64,000 nt of DNA from NCBI GenBank assembly GCA_012797605.1, contig JAAZOT010000053.1:280-64279 (forward strand). The letters run 5' to 3'. The notes beneath the pieces are model-generated. The model was not told the DNA's origin, did no database searches, and saw nothing but the letters and a program-made list of their open reading frames with translations. Each line of letters starts with the position of its first letter. The first letter of the stretch is position 1. This document shows, piece by piece, positions 40,112-48,742 of this stretch. A program made the position numbers and the translations under genes. The stretch comes from Spirochaetales bacterium (GTDB lineage Bacteria; Spirochaetota; JAAYUW01).

Positions 40112-41334
40112 TATTTTTAATATTTGTATTAAGCGTTATATTATTCCTTCTAAATGTAGATATTAAAGCCGACTTTCAAACAGGTAAATCAGCGACTATA
40201 TTCATTAATTCTTACCCATATAAGGCAAATATTTATATCGACAAAAAATATGTGGGTCAAACTCCATTTATTATAAGAGATTTAAATACTAAAACATTGA
40301 AATTAAAAATTGAAAAAGATAAGTACTTGGCTTTTGAGAAGTCAATAGAAATAATGGAAGGTAAAAAATATGAGAGTTTTTTTATATATCTTCAACCAAA
40401 GAATTTTTCACTGTCTGTTTTAGACACATATTCAATAGATATTAAAAAGGATAAATATGAATCGCCAGTAGAAATTGAAAATATACCGAATGGTTCCTAT
40501 CAGATATATAAAAAAGATAATACAATCTATTTCATTCATGATAATGCCAAATTTTATATTTCAATCTTATCATATCTTTTAACTTTAGGTTCAGCTGGTT
40601 ATGGTATAATGAATAATTCTGCAGAATTTTACATAGTATCAGCTGTAAGTCTTGTGATTTCAGTTTATTTTTTACTTACTACTTTTTTACCTGCAAAAGA
40701 ACAGTATATTATAAATTTGAATCCCACATTAAAAGAGGATGAAGTTTTCTTTCAGCAAGCTCAAAACTCAATTAACAAATCTCAATTTAATGATGCCATA
40801 AATCAACTTCAGCAAATTATAACTAAATATCCGGAATCCTACTATATACCTCATTCATTATATTATATAGCCTTTTGCTATGATGCGTTAGGTGATTTTG
40901 AAAAAAGTAAAAACTATTACGAACAACTTTTACAAAATTATCCAATTATTGATTTTTATGATATCTCTTATTATTCTCTTGGCAAAATATATTATGATGC
41001 AGGACTCTTCCAAAAATCAATTCAGTTGTTTCAAAATATTCTTTTTATAGATCAAGAGATAATCTCTGAAGATTATGTGGATGCGTATCTTCTTTTAAAT
41101 TATTTAAAAATATTTTTAACAACCAATCAAGATTATAAAGATGAAGTTACATATTATTTTCAGAAAGTCATAAAGGGAAGAATAGGTATTTTAAGAGGTG
41201 AAGTTTATTATAATATGGCTTTATATTTAATAAAACATGAAAAAAAATCAGAGGCGATAGAACTTCTAGAAAAGATAATAAAAGATAATTTAACCTATAT
41301 GCAGGAAGCCACAGCTTTACTTTCTCAATTATAA
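40069..41334 (+). CDS. PEGA-domain and TPR (BamD/CpoB-like) membrane protein
   Basis: PEGA motif INSYPYKANIYIDKKYVGQTP...LKIEKDKY, two TM helices, then TPRs QAQNSINKSQFNDAINQLQQIITKYPESYYIPHSLYYIA and SYYSLGKIYY. Confidence 0.85.
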   Translation: MGKNKRQLFKTFQIIFLIFVLSVILFLLNVDIKADFQTGKSATIFINSYPYKANIYIDKKYVGQTPFIIRDLNTKTLKLKIEKDKYLAFEKSIEIMEGKKYESFFIYLQPKNFSLSVLDTYSIDIKKDKYESPVEIENIPNGSYQIYKKDNTIYFIHDNAKFYISILSYLLTLGSAGYGIMNNSAEFYIVSAVSLVISVYFLLTTFLPAKEQYIINLNPTLKEDEVFFQQAQNSINKSQFNDAINQLQQIITKYPESYYIPHSLYYIAFCYDALGDFEKSKNYYEQLLQNYPIIDFYDISYYSLGKIYYDAGLFQKSIQLFQNILFIDQEIISEDYVDAYLLLNYLKIFLTTNQDYKDEVTYYFQKVIKGRIGILRGEVYYNMALYLIKHEKKSEAIELLEKIIKDNLTYMQEATALLSQL

Positions 41335-41386
41335 GATTGAGATTTTTCTTTTTTATGTAATCATTCTTTTGGGAGAATCACAAAAA

Positions 41387-42325
41387 ATGGCTTATACTTA
41401 TATTTTTGGTCCTGTTCCATCAAGAAGATTAGGGATATCATTGGGTATAGATCTTTTACCTTTTAAGACATGCTCTTTCAATTGTATCTACTGTGAATGT
41501 GGAAGAACTACTCAATATTTAAATGAAAGAAAGGAATTCTTTCCAGTTGAAAATATTTTTTCTGAGATATCAGATTATCTCTCAAATAATGAATACCCCG
41601 ATTTTCTGACTTTTTCTGGCTCGGGTGAACCTACTTTATATAGCAAACTTGGTGAATTAATTAGTATGTGTAAAACAGGATTTCCCGAAATTAAAGTGGC
41701 AATTTTGACGAATTCCTCACTTTTATACAGGGAAGATGTTAGAAACGAGTGTAGTCTTGCAGATGTCGTTTTGCCTTCTTTAGATTCAGCAAGAGTAGAA
41801 TCTTTTCTTAAGCTTGATAGGCCATTTGAAAAAGACAAGTTAAATCTTATAATCTATGGTTTAATTGAATTTAGAAAAATGTATGAAAAAGAAATCTGGT
41901 TGGAAGTCTTTTTTGCTCAAGGAATTAATGACTCCTTAGAAGATTTAAATGCTCTTCATGATGCTATAATAAAAATAAAACCCGACCTTATCCAACTAAA
42001 TACTTTAGATAGACCCCCCACTGAATCTTTTACAAAACCAGTATCTAAAAAATTTTTAGAAGATGTTGCCAAAAGGTGGAATGATTTACCAGTAGAAATA
42101 ATTAGTAGATATAAAAATAGAGATGAAATAGAAAATTATTCAAAAGAATTTGAACTGCAACTTCTATCGGCATTAAAAAGAAGGCCACTTACAAGAAGTG
42201 ACCTTACTTATGTTTTTAATAAACCAATGGTTGAAATCGCTAAGTATCTTGATATATTAGAATTTGAAAAAAAGATAAAAAATGTAATTTTGAATAAGAA
42301 AATCTTTATTCAAATTTTAAACTAA
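41387..42325 (+). CDS. Radical SAM protein (COG0731-like Fe-S oxidoreductase)
   Basis: YIFGPVPSRRLGISLGID, CSFNCIYC (CX3CX2C), TFSGSGEPTL and QLNTLDRPP; GGAG precedes ATG 41387. Confidence 0.92.
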   Translation: MAYTYIFGPVPSRRLGISLGIDLLPFKTCSFNCIYCECGRTTQYLNERKEFFPVENIFSEISDYLSNNEYPDFLTFSGSGEPTLYSKLGELISMCKTGFPEIKVAILTNSSLLYREDVRNECSLADVVLPSLDSARVESFLKLDRPFEKDKLNLIIYGLIEFRKMYEKEIWLEVFFAQGINDSLEDLNALHDAIIKIKPDLIQLNTLDRPPTESFTKPVSKKFLEDVAKRWNDLPVEIISRYKNRDEIENYSKEFELQLLSALKRRPLTRSDLTYVFNKPMVEIAKYLDILEFEKKIKNVILNKKIFIQILN

Positions 42326-42354
42326 TTATTCAATAATCTTTCGATTTTCTATAA

Positions 42355-43071
42355 TCATTTCCCTTTAATAGATTCAAGTAGTTCTTTTAATAATTTTATC
42401 TCTTTTTCTTCGATTAATTTATCTTCTTCATCAAAAGGAATAGCAAGTCCTCTTTGAATTATCTCTCTTGCCTTAGAATATTCTTTTTGCTCAATTAAAA
42501 ATTCTGCATAGAATCTATAGTTTACTCTACCATCTGGTCCGTATTGTAAAGAAAGTTCATAATATTCTTTGCATTTTGCTTTACTTTTTCCAGGAACTTT
42601 TTGATAAAGACGACCTAATAACATATATGGAGCACCTTTATTGAACTTTGGATCTATTTCTGCTGCCTTTGTGGCTGCTTTTTCCATAGGCCCAACTGCT
42701 GACAAACTTGCCAAAATACCGTTCTCCTCTCCCCAGCTTCCTAGACAAACTCCAAAATAATAGTACCCTTCTACTCCATTAGGATTTAACTTTGTGGCCT
42801 GCTCAGCAGCATTTTTCCCAGCAGTAAAATTCTCTTTTTTTGTTTTGCTATCTGTAATAAATTCATTTGTGTAGAAATGAACTGCTCTAGCAAATTTCCA
42901 TGCGGCTTCATATGAGTTTGGATTTTGTTCATAAAGTTTTTTATAATACTCATATGCAGCTTTTGCTCCAGCAAAAGAGTTCCTATTCTTCCATGGGGTA
43001 TCATCAAAAGAGAAAAATAGTAAAGCTAGTATCATTAATAAAGGTAAAAGATACTTGAAGTATTTCTTCAT
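42355..43071 (-). CDS. Exported TPR protein, TatT/RMDN-like
   Basis: Signal peptide, AAWKFARA, GKNAAEQATKLNPNGVEGYYYFG, LGRLYQKVPG and FYAEFL. Confidence 0.75.
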   Translation of the reverse strand: MKKYFKYLLPLLMILALLFFSFDDTPWKNRNSFAGAKAAYEYYKKLYEQNPNSYEAAWKFARAVHFYTNEFITDSKTKKENFTAGKNAAEQATKLNPNGVEGYYYFGVCLGSWGEENGILASLSAVGPMEKAATKAAEIDPKFNKGAPYMLLGRLYQKVPGKSKAKCKEYYELSLQYGPDGRVNYRFYAEFLIEQKEYSKAREIIQRGLAIPFDEEDKLIEEKEIKLLKELLESIKGK

Positions 43072-43136
43072 ATTTCCTCCATTAGAAATAAAAAATCACA
43101 ATCAATATTTACATAAAAAATTTTAATTAAAATGAA

Positions 43137-44441
43137 CTAATTTGTCAATATTTGATAACTTACAATATTCTTATCTGAATCTAATATCAAAAGTCCGAAT
43201 GTACCAGAAGGGGATTTAGAAAAAGATTTTACTTTTAAATAGTAAATATTACCGGTTGCTTCAAATGTCGCAGTAGGTTGATTGCTCAATATAGTCATCC
43301 CTCCAATCTGATCTTCATATGTAATATCCGAGGTGTAGATCTTTTCTAAAAGATTGTTTTTTTCATCAAAGATTTGAAAAAACAGATCTTTGAACGAAAA
43401 CTCCTTTTGGTAAACTTCATCATTGTAACTATCAGCAAGATATATATAGTAAGTTTTAAGAACTTGAGTATTAAATTTTATAACAATAGAACCACTTTTT
43501 ATTTCTATAGTATCAAGCTCAATAACTTGTTCACTAAATAAACTTTCAATTTTTGATTCATAACCTATTGGATTTACAAAATCATATTCTTTTGGTTTTA
43601 AACCTTTTCCCTCACCTTCTAATTTTATACCAAAGGTACCCTCATAAATAAGGCTTATGGGTTCAACTAAAATACTTATAATGTTTGATTTTGCGATAAA
43701 TTTTGCACAATAATCAGAATTTAAGGATGTTATACCACCATCTTCTGCATCAGAGACATATATATTTTCATAAAAATTATTATTTTCATCCATTACATGA
43801 AACCATAGACCATCGAGAGTGAAATATGTTCCAAAAACATTATTATTGTAAGAATCAACTAAAATCAAAGTATATTCTTTACCTTTTTCAACAAGATATG
43901 TAAATTTTATTGCTTTAGAGTCAGTTATTTTATATTGGTCAAGATTGTATTTTTTTAATGCATCTTTATGTAGTTCGTCAAAGATTGATTTTGAAATTTT
44001 ATAACTAACTTTTTTATTTTTTGAACTTAAAAGAGCAAGACCAAAAGTGCCTGCTGAATTTATTGAAGTCCCTCTTACTCTAATATATATAATAGATTCT
44101 AAAGGTTTGAAAGATGCTAAAAATTCCTTTTCAGAAGTTGTTATCCCACCTTCCTTAAAGGGAGATTTATAGATATCTGTTGGATATGGAGTCTTCTTAT
44201 CCTTTTTATATAACGATACTAAGGCATATTCAAGGGTATATTTTGCTCCAAATGCTGGTGAATTATATGAATCAATAACAAAAAGGTTATATTGCAAGGA
44301 AGGATCAACTTCAAATTCTAAAAAAATGTCCTTTTCTGGCTCAACAGTAAAAGTGTCAAAAATATTTGATTGGAAGCTTATAAAAAAAACTAAAAAAATA
44401 AAAATGAAAACAAAAATTAGTAATAATAATTTTTTATTCAT
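43137..44441 (-). CDS. Exported protein with three tandem ~140-aa beta-rich repeats
   Basis: DSYN at aa 57/196/337, GG(I/M)T at 98/235/380 and GTFG at 131/268/413, after an N-terminal hydrophobic helix. Confidence 0.82.
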   Translation of the reverse strand: MNKKLLLLIFVFIFIFLVFFISFQSNIFDTFTVEPEKDIFLEFEVDPSLQYNLFVIDSYNSPAFGAKYTLEYALVSLYKKDKKTPYPTDIYKSPFKEGGITTSEKEFLASFKPLESIIYIRVRGTSINSAGTFGLALLSSKNKKVSYKISKSIFDELHKDALKKYNLDQYKITDSKAIKFTYLVEKGKEYTLILVDSYNNNVFGTYFTLDGLWFHVMDENNNFYENIYVSDAEDGGITSLNSDYCAKFIAKSNIISILVEPISLIYEGTFGIKLEGEGKGLKPKEYDFVNPIGYESKIESLFSEQVIELDTIEIKSGSIVIKFNTQVLKTYYIYLADSYNDEVYQKEFSFKDLFFQIFDEKNNLLEKIYTSDITYEDQIGGMTILSNQPTATFEATGNIYYLKVKSFSKSPSGTFGLLILDSDKNIVSYQILTN

Positions 44442-44537
44442 AACTTCATCCTTTCTATAAATTTTAATTCCCTTTTTTTATAATTCAATAGAAAAAAATT
44501 TGTTTAATATTTTTTAATACCGATTTAGTTTTTTGAT

Positions 44538-46097
44538 TTATTTGAAATTTAGGAATATTACTGTTCCTTCACCAATCAATGAATATAACTCAAGATATAT
44601 ATTGTAGAGATTGCATATTTCTTTAACTATAGATAAGCCAATTCCACCGACTTTCTTTGTTTTATCATTAAAACCATTTTTTGCCTTATAGAATCTTTCA
44701 AATATTAAATTTAATTCATCTTTTGATATTCCAACACCATTATCCTTAATTATTAAAGAAAAACTAAATTCTTTTTTTTCATTAATTTCTGTATTAATAC
44801 TAAAAAATCCATATCCTTTTTTAATAAGTTGAATTGTTAATTCTGATCTATATTTATCTGCTTTTTCTTTTTTATAAAGATAAACATCAAGAGTTTTAGT
44901 TAAGCTATTATTATGTAATATCGAATTTTTCAAAATATTTTCTATTAAAGATCTTAAATGGTTTCTTCTAATTTTATAAAAAATATCTTTATCTATATCC
45001 TTTCTGATTTCAATATTTTCTTTATTAAATAGATATAGAACTTTTTCAAGATAAATTTCTAACTCCTCATCTATTGATATTAACGGAATTAAATCTTGAT
45101 TTATATCCTTTTTACTGGAAAATAGATTTATTTGATCCACTAGTTCTGTAATCCTATCGATTTCACTATCAATCGCCATAATTGTATTAGCTGAGATTTT
45201 TATTATACCATCTTTGATTCCATAAATATATGACCTTATTATATTAATAGGAGTTGAAATATCATGTGTAATTTCAGAAGTTATCCTTTTACGAAACTCC
45301 TGATCGATTTTAAGTTGCATCGATAACTTATTAAATGCATCGACTAATAAACCAAGTTCATCTGAATTTTTATTTTCAATAGTTTCTCCATAATATCCAT
45401 TTGCTAAATTGATAGTTTTTTTTACTAAATTTCTAATAGGTTTTGTAAATTGCTTAGCGATAAAATAAGATAAAGGAAAAGAGATCGCAAGCAAAATCAA
45501 ATAAAAGACTAAAAATAATAATCTAATTTTTTCCATGAAATTTTTTGCAGCTTCATTATAAAAAATCATATTAATTGTGTATATTCTTAGAGGAGCAACC
45601 CTAAATATATATTGTTCCATGAAAAAACCAGGTTTAAGTTTAGGTGGTGTAAAAATTCTTTCCTTTCCAAATTGCCAAGGTTGTTCTTTTGTGTTATCCA
45701 TTCTAGGTGGAAGCATGGGTAAAAAGACAAAGCTGCTTTTATTATAAGAAAATACTAATACTCTATTAAAAAAAATAACACAAGAAACTATATACTTATT
45801 TTTTATTAATAGATCATTTATCTCGGATAATCTTTCAATATTAATTTTTTCTTTTGCATTAAGATTAGAATTATTGCTTTCATTCCCACTATACTCAAAA
45901 GTCTGCTTTTCTAAAATAGATTTTAAGTTTTCAATAAATGTTTCTCTTTCTTTATCTATATCTTCAGCAAGGAAAAAACCAAACTGCCTAAATATCATAT
46001 TTTGAAAAAAGAAGTAGGAAAAAACAAAAACAATTAAGAGTAATAGACTTATTGCTAAAAATAATTTTACCCATAAATACAATTTTATTTTTTTCAT
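44538..46097 (-). CDS. Two-component sensor histidine kinase (HAMP-HisKA-HATPase)
   Basis: Two TM helices, HAMP (DELGLLVDAFN), H-box THDISTPI, N-box ENILKNS, G1 KDNGVGI, IFERFYK and G2 GGIGLSIV. Confidence 0.93.
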   Translation of the reverse strand: MKKIKLYLWVKLFLAISLLLLIVFVFSYFFFQNMIFRQFGFFLAEDIDKERETFIENLKSILEKQTFEYSGNESNNSNLNAKEKINIERLSEINDLLIKNKYIVSCVIFFNRVLVFSYNKSSFVFLPMLPPRMDNTKEQPWQFGKERIFTPPKLKPGFFMEQYIFRVAPLRIYTINMIFYNEAAKNFMEKIRLLFLVFYLILLAISFPLSYFIAKQFTKPIRNLVKKTINLANGYYGETIENKNSDELGLLVDAFNKLSMQLKIDQEFRKRITSEITHDISTPINIIRSYIYGIKDGIIKISANTIMAIDSEIDRITELVDQINLFSSKKDINQDLIPLISIDEELEIYLEKVLYLFNKENIEIRKDIDKDIFYKIRRNHLRSLIENILKNSILHNNSLTKTLDVYLYKKEKADKYRSELTIQLIKKGYGFFSINTEINEKKEFSFSLIIKDNGVGISKDELNLIFERFYKAKNGFNDKTKKVGGIGLSIVKEICNLYNIYLELYSLIGEGTVIFLNFK

Positions 46098-46139
46098 TTC
46101 ATTTTAGCTTTTTATTAATCCTTAAATTATTTTCCATTT

Positions 46140-46194
46140 TTTTACTTTTAAATTTTACTTTTAAATTCTACTTTTAATAAATTTTACTTTTAAA
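46140..46194. repeat. 13-bp tandem repeat, four copies
   Basis: TTTTACTTTTAAA at 46140 and 46153, TTCTACTTTTAAT at 46166, and TTTTACTTTTAAA at 46182. Confidence 0.7.
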
Positions 46195-46443
46195 TATATT
46201 TGTTTTTTACTTATTACTTCATTCGGTTTTTTTCTTTGTAATTTTTTTTCTTTATAATTTTTTTTTTATTACATTTTCATTTATTTTTTTCTATCATTTT
46301 TATTTCATCTTTTTATTTTACCTATATTTGTTTTTTATTTATTAATTCTTTTACTTATTTTTATGATTTTTTTTCTACAAAAACTAATTTTCTTCCATCA
46401 AAACTTTATCATAGAAACTCTTTTTTATAAAAACTCTTGGTTT

Positions 46444-47100
46444 TTAATCTAAATCTATTTTATAACCAAGTCCGAATACTGTTTTTATATAATCTTTCCT
46501 AAGTTTCTTTCTTATATTTTTTATATGAGTATCAATAGTTCTATCTGATATTATGGTACCATCAGGTGTGATGGCATCAATAAGTTGATCCCTTGTAAAT
46601 ACAACTTTAGGATTTTGAGCAAGTTTATAAAGAATTTCAAATTCAGCTTTTGTTAAATCAATCTTTTCTTCTCCAATTTTCACTAAAAAATACTTCCTAT
46701 CTAATTCAAGATCTTTATAAATTATTCTGTCTAAATTTATTGAACTTGTTCTTTTTAATATTGCCCTGACTCTTAAAATTATTTCATAAGGGGTTACTGG
46801 TTTAACTACATAATCATCTGAACCTAAAAGTAAACCCTCAATTTTATCTTGATCACTTCCCTTAGCAGTCAACATAAGTACTGGAATATTTTTTATTTCT
46901 CTAACCTTTTTTAAAACATCATCTCCGCTAATACCAGGAAGCATTCTATCTAAGATAATACAATCAATCTCATTATTTAAAACAATTTCAATGGCTTTTT
47001 CACCATTGTCAGAAGTAAATACTTTAAATCCTTCTTTTTCAAAGTAAAGTTTTAATATTTCTAAAAATTTTATTTCATCTTCAACAATAAGTATCTTCAT
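46444..47100 (-). CDS. OmpR/PhoB-family response regulator
   Basis: KILIVEDE, ILDRMLPG, MLTAK, DDYVVKP and the winged helix RTIDTHIKNIRKKL...TVFGLGYK. Confidence 0.95.
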   Translation of the reverse strand: MKILIVEDEIKFLEILKLYFEKEGFKVFTSDNGEKAIEIVLNNEIDCIILDRMLPGISGDDVLKKVREIKNIPVLMLTAKGSDQDKIEGLLLGSDDYVVKPVTPYEIILRVRAILKRTSSINLDRIIYKDLELDRKYFLVKIGEEKIDLTKAEFEILYKLAQNPKVVFTRDQLIDAITPDGTIISDRTIDTHIKNIRKKLRKDYIKTVFGLGYKIDLD

Positions 47101-47218
47101 CTTTTCCCTTCTTGTTTATTTAATATTTATATGACAAACTTCGCAATAACCTTATAACGAATTGATTTAATAATCATTTAACAAGTTTACTAATAGTGAT
47201 AGATCAAACCTATTAATA

Positions 47219-47260
47219 ATTATATAACAAATTTTGAAAAAATTGTGAAGTTAAAATGAA
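47219..47260 (-). promoter_or_regulatory. Candidate OmpR-type operator/promoter: three 11-bp-phased TTCA boxes plus a -10
   Basis: Minus strand TTCATTT-taac-TTCACAA-tttt-TTCAAAA, then 7 nt, then TATAAT, upstream of the response regulator. Confidence 0.55.
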
Positions 47261-47406
47261 TTTTTTATGAAATTTATCAACTTTTATTGACCAAAAATTA
47301 GAAAGTGTTATTTTATGCATAAGCTTGATATATTATCATTTGTGCTTTAAGAAATTATATATTTTTTTACCAATATTATTTGTAAACTGAATTTTAGGAG
47401 TATTCT

Positions 47407-48726
47407 ATGATTGAAAAGATTGCTGAAAAAGTATTTAAGCTTTCAAAAGCCGAACAAACAGAAATTTTGTTTTATCATACTGTGGACGCCTTGACAAGAT
47501 TTGGTCAAAATCAGATTACTCAACATGTAGAATCTGATAACCAGAATATGACTATCAGAATGCTTGATAAAAAAAGAACAGCTTCTATATCTATTTCTAA
47601 TTTCTCAGATTCCGTAATAGAAAAAGCATTGGAACAACTTTATAATATCTTAAATTTACAGATTCCTGACGAAAGGCTTTCTGATCTTCCAGAAAATACA
47701 AATTACAAATCCGAACTAAAACAAAGTGATTCCTTCAAGAAACTTGATGAATCAATAAGATCGGATTTTGTTAAAGAATCGGTTGATTATCTTAAAAAGG
47801 AATCGTCTATAGCTGCTGGTATTTGTAGTCAAACAAAATCTACAATTACCCATATGACAAATAAAAATTATTCTCATATCTATCATGATTGGAAATTTTC
47901 ATTTTCATTAAGCGCAAAAAATGATTATGGCATAACTAGAGAAGAATTTAATGGTACAACTTTAGATAACTTTAACCCAGAAGAACTAGCTGAAAAATGC
48001 ATAACTTCTTTAAAGTTATTAAAAAACAAGAAAAAGATTAGTGCTGGTAAATACGACATAATTCTTACACCTGCTGCCTTTGCAGAACTCTTAATCTATC
48101 TTTTTTATTTTAGTTTCTCTGCGAAGGCTTATCATGAAAAAAGATCCTTTATGGTAAACAAAAAAGGCCAGCAGATATTTTCTCCACTTCTTACTATTAT
48201 AGATAATCCTAGACAAACGGAAGGTCCAGCATTATACTATGATTTTGAAGGAAGTCCAACGACTAATACTGTTCTGGTAGATAAAGGAATATGTAATAAT
48301 CTTGTTTCAAATAAATATTATTCGAAAATTCTTGGTATTCCAAATACTGGAAACTGCTTATCTCCAACAACTTTAGATTGTTATCCTCTTAGACCAGAAG
48401 TTTTACCTGGGGAAAAAAGCCTAAAAACAATGATAAAAGAATCAGATAATGTCCTTTTAATCAATAGATTACATTACTTAAATATCATTGACCCATTATC
48501 TGTTATGGTTACTGGGATGACAAGAGATGGAGTATTTTTGATAGAAAAAGGTCAGATTACTAAAAGCACTAACAATTTAAGATTCACAGAATCTGTTTTA
48601 ACGGCTCTTGCTAATATTGAAGAGCTTTCTTCTGATCTTTTTGAATGTGAGTATTTTATTGGTTTAATGAAAGTTCCGGCAGTAAAAATAAAGAATTTTA
48701 ATTTTTCTTCTGCAACAGAGTTTTAA
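47407..48726 (+). CDS. pmbA: TldE/PmbA family protein
   Basis: LTRFGQNQITQ, YDIILTPAA, DFEGSPT, TGMTRDG and NLRF; paired with tldD. Confidence 0.88.
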   Translation: MIEKIAEKVFKLSKAEQTEILFYHTVDALTRFGQNQITQHVESDNQNMTIRMLDKKRTASISISNFSDSVIEKALEQLYNILNLQIPDERLSDLPENTNYKSELKQSDSFKKLDESIRSDFVKESVDYLKKESSIAAGICSQTKSTITHMTNKNYSHIYHDWKFSFSLSAKNDYGITREEFNGTTLDNFNPEELAEKCITSLKLLKNKKKISAGKYDIILTPAAFAELLIYLFYFSFSAKAYHEKRSFMVNKKGQQIFSPLLTIIDNPRQTEGPALYYDFEGSPTTNTVLVDKGICNNLVSNKYYSKILGIPNTGNCLSPTTLDCYPLRPEVLPGEKSLKTMIKESDNVLLINRLHYLNIIDPLSVMVTGMTRDGVFLIEKGQITKSTNNLRFTESVLTALANIEELSSDLFECEYFIGLMKVPAVKIKNFNFSSATEF

Positions 48727-48742
48727 TTAATTGGAGGTAAAA

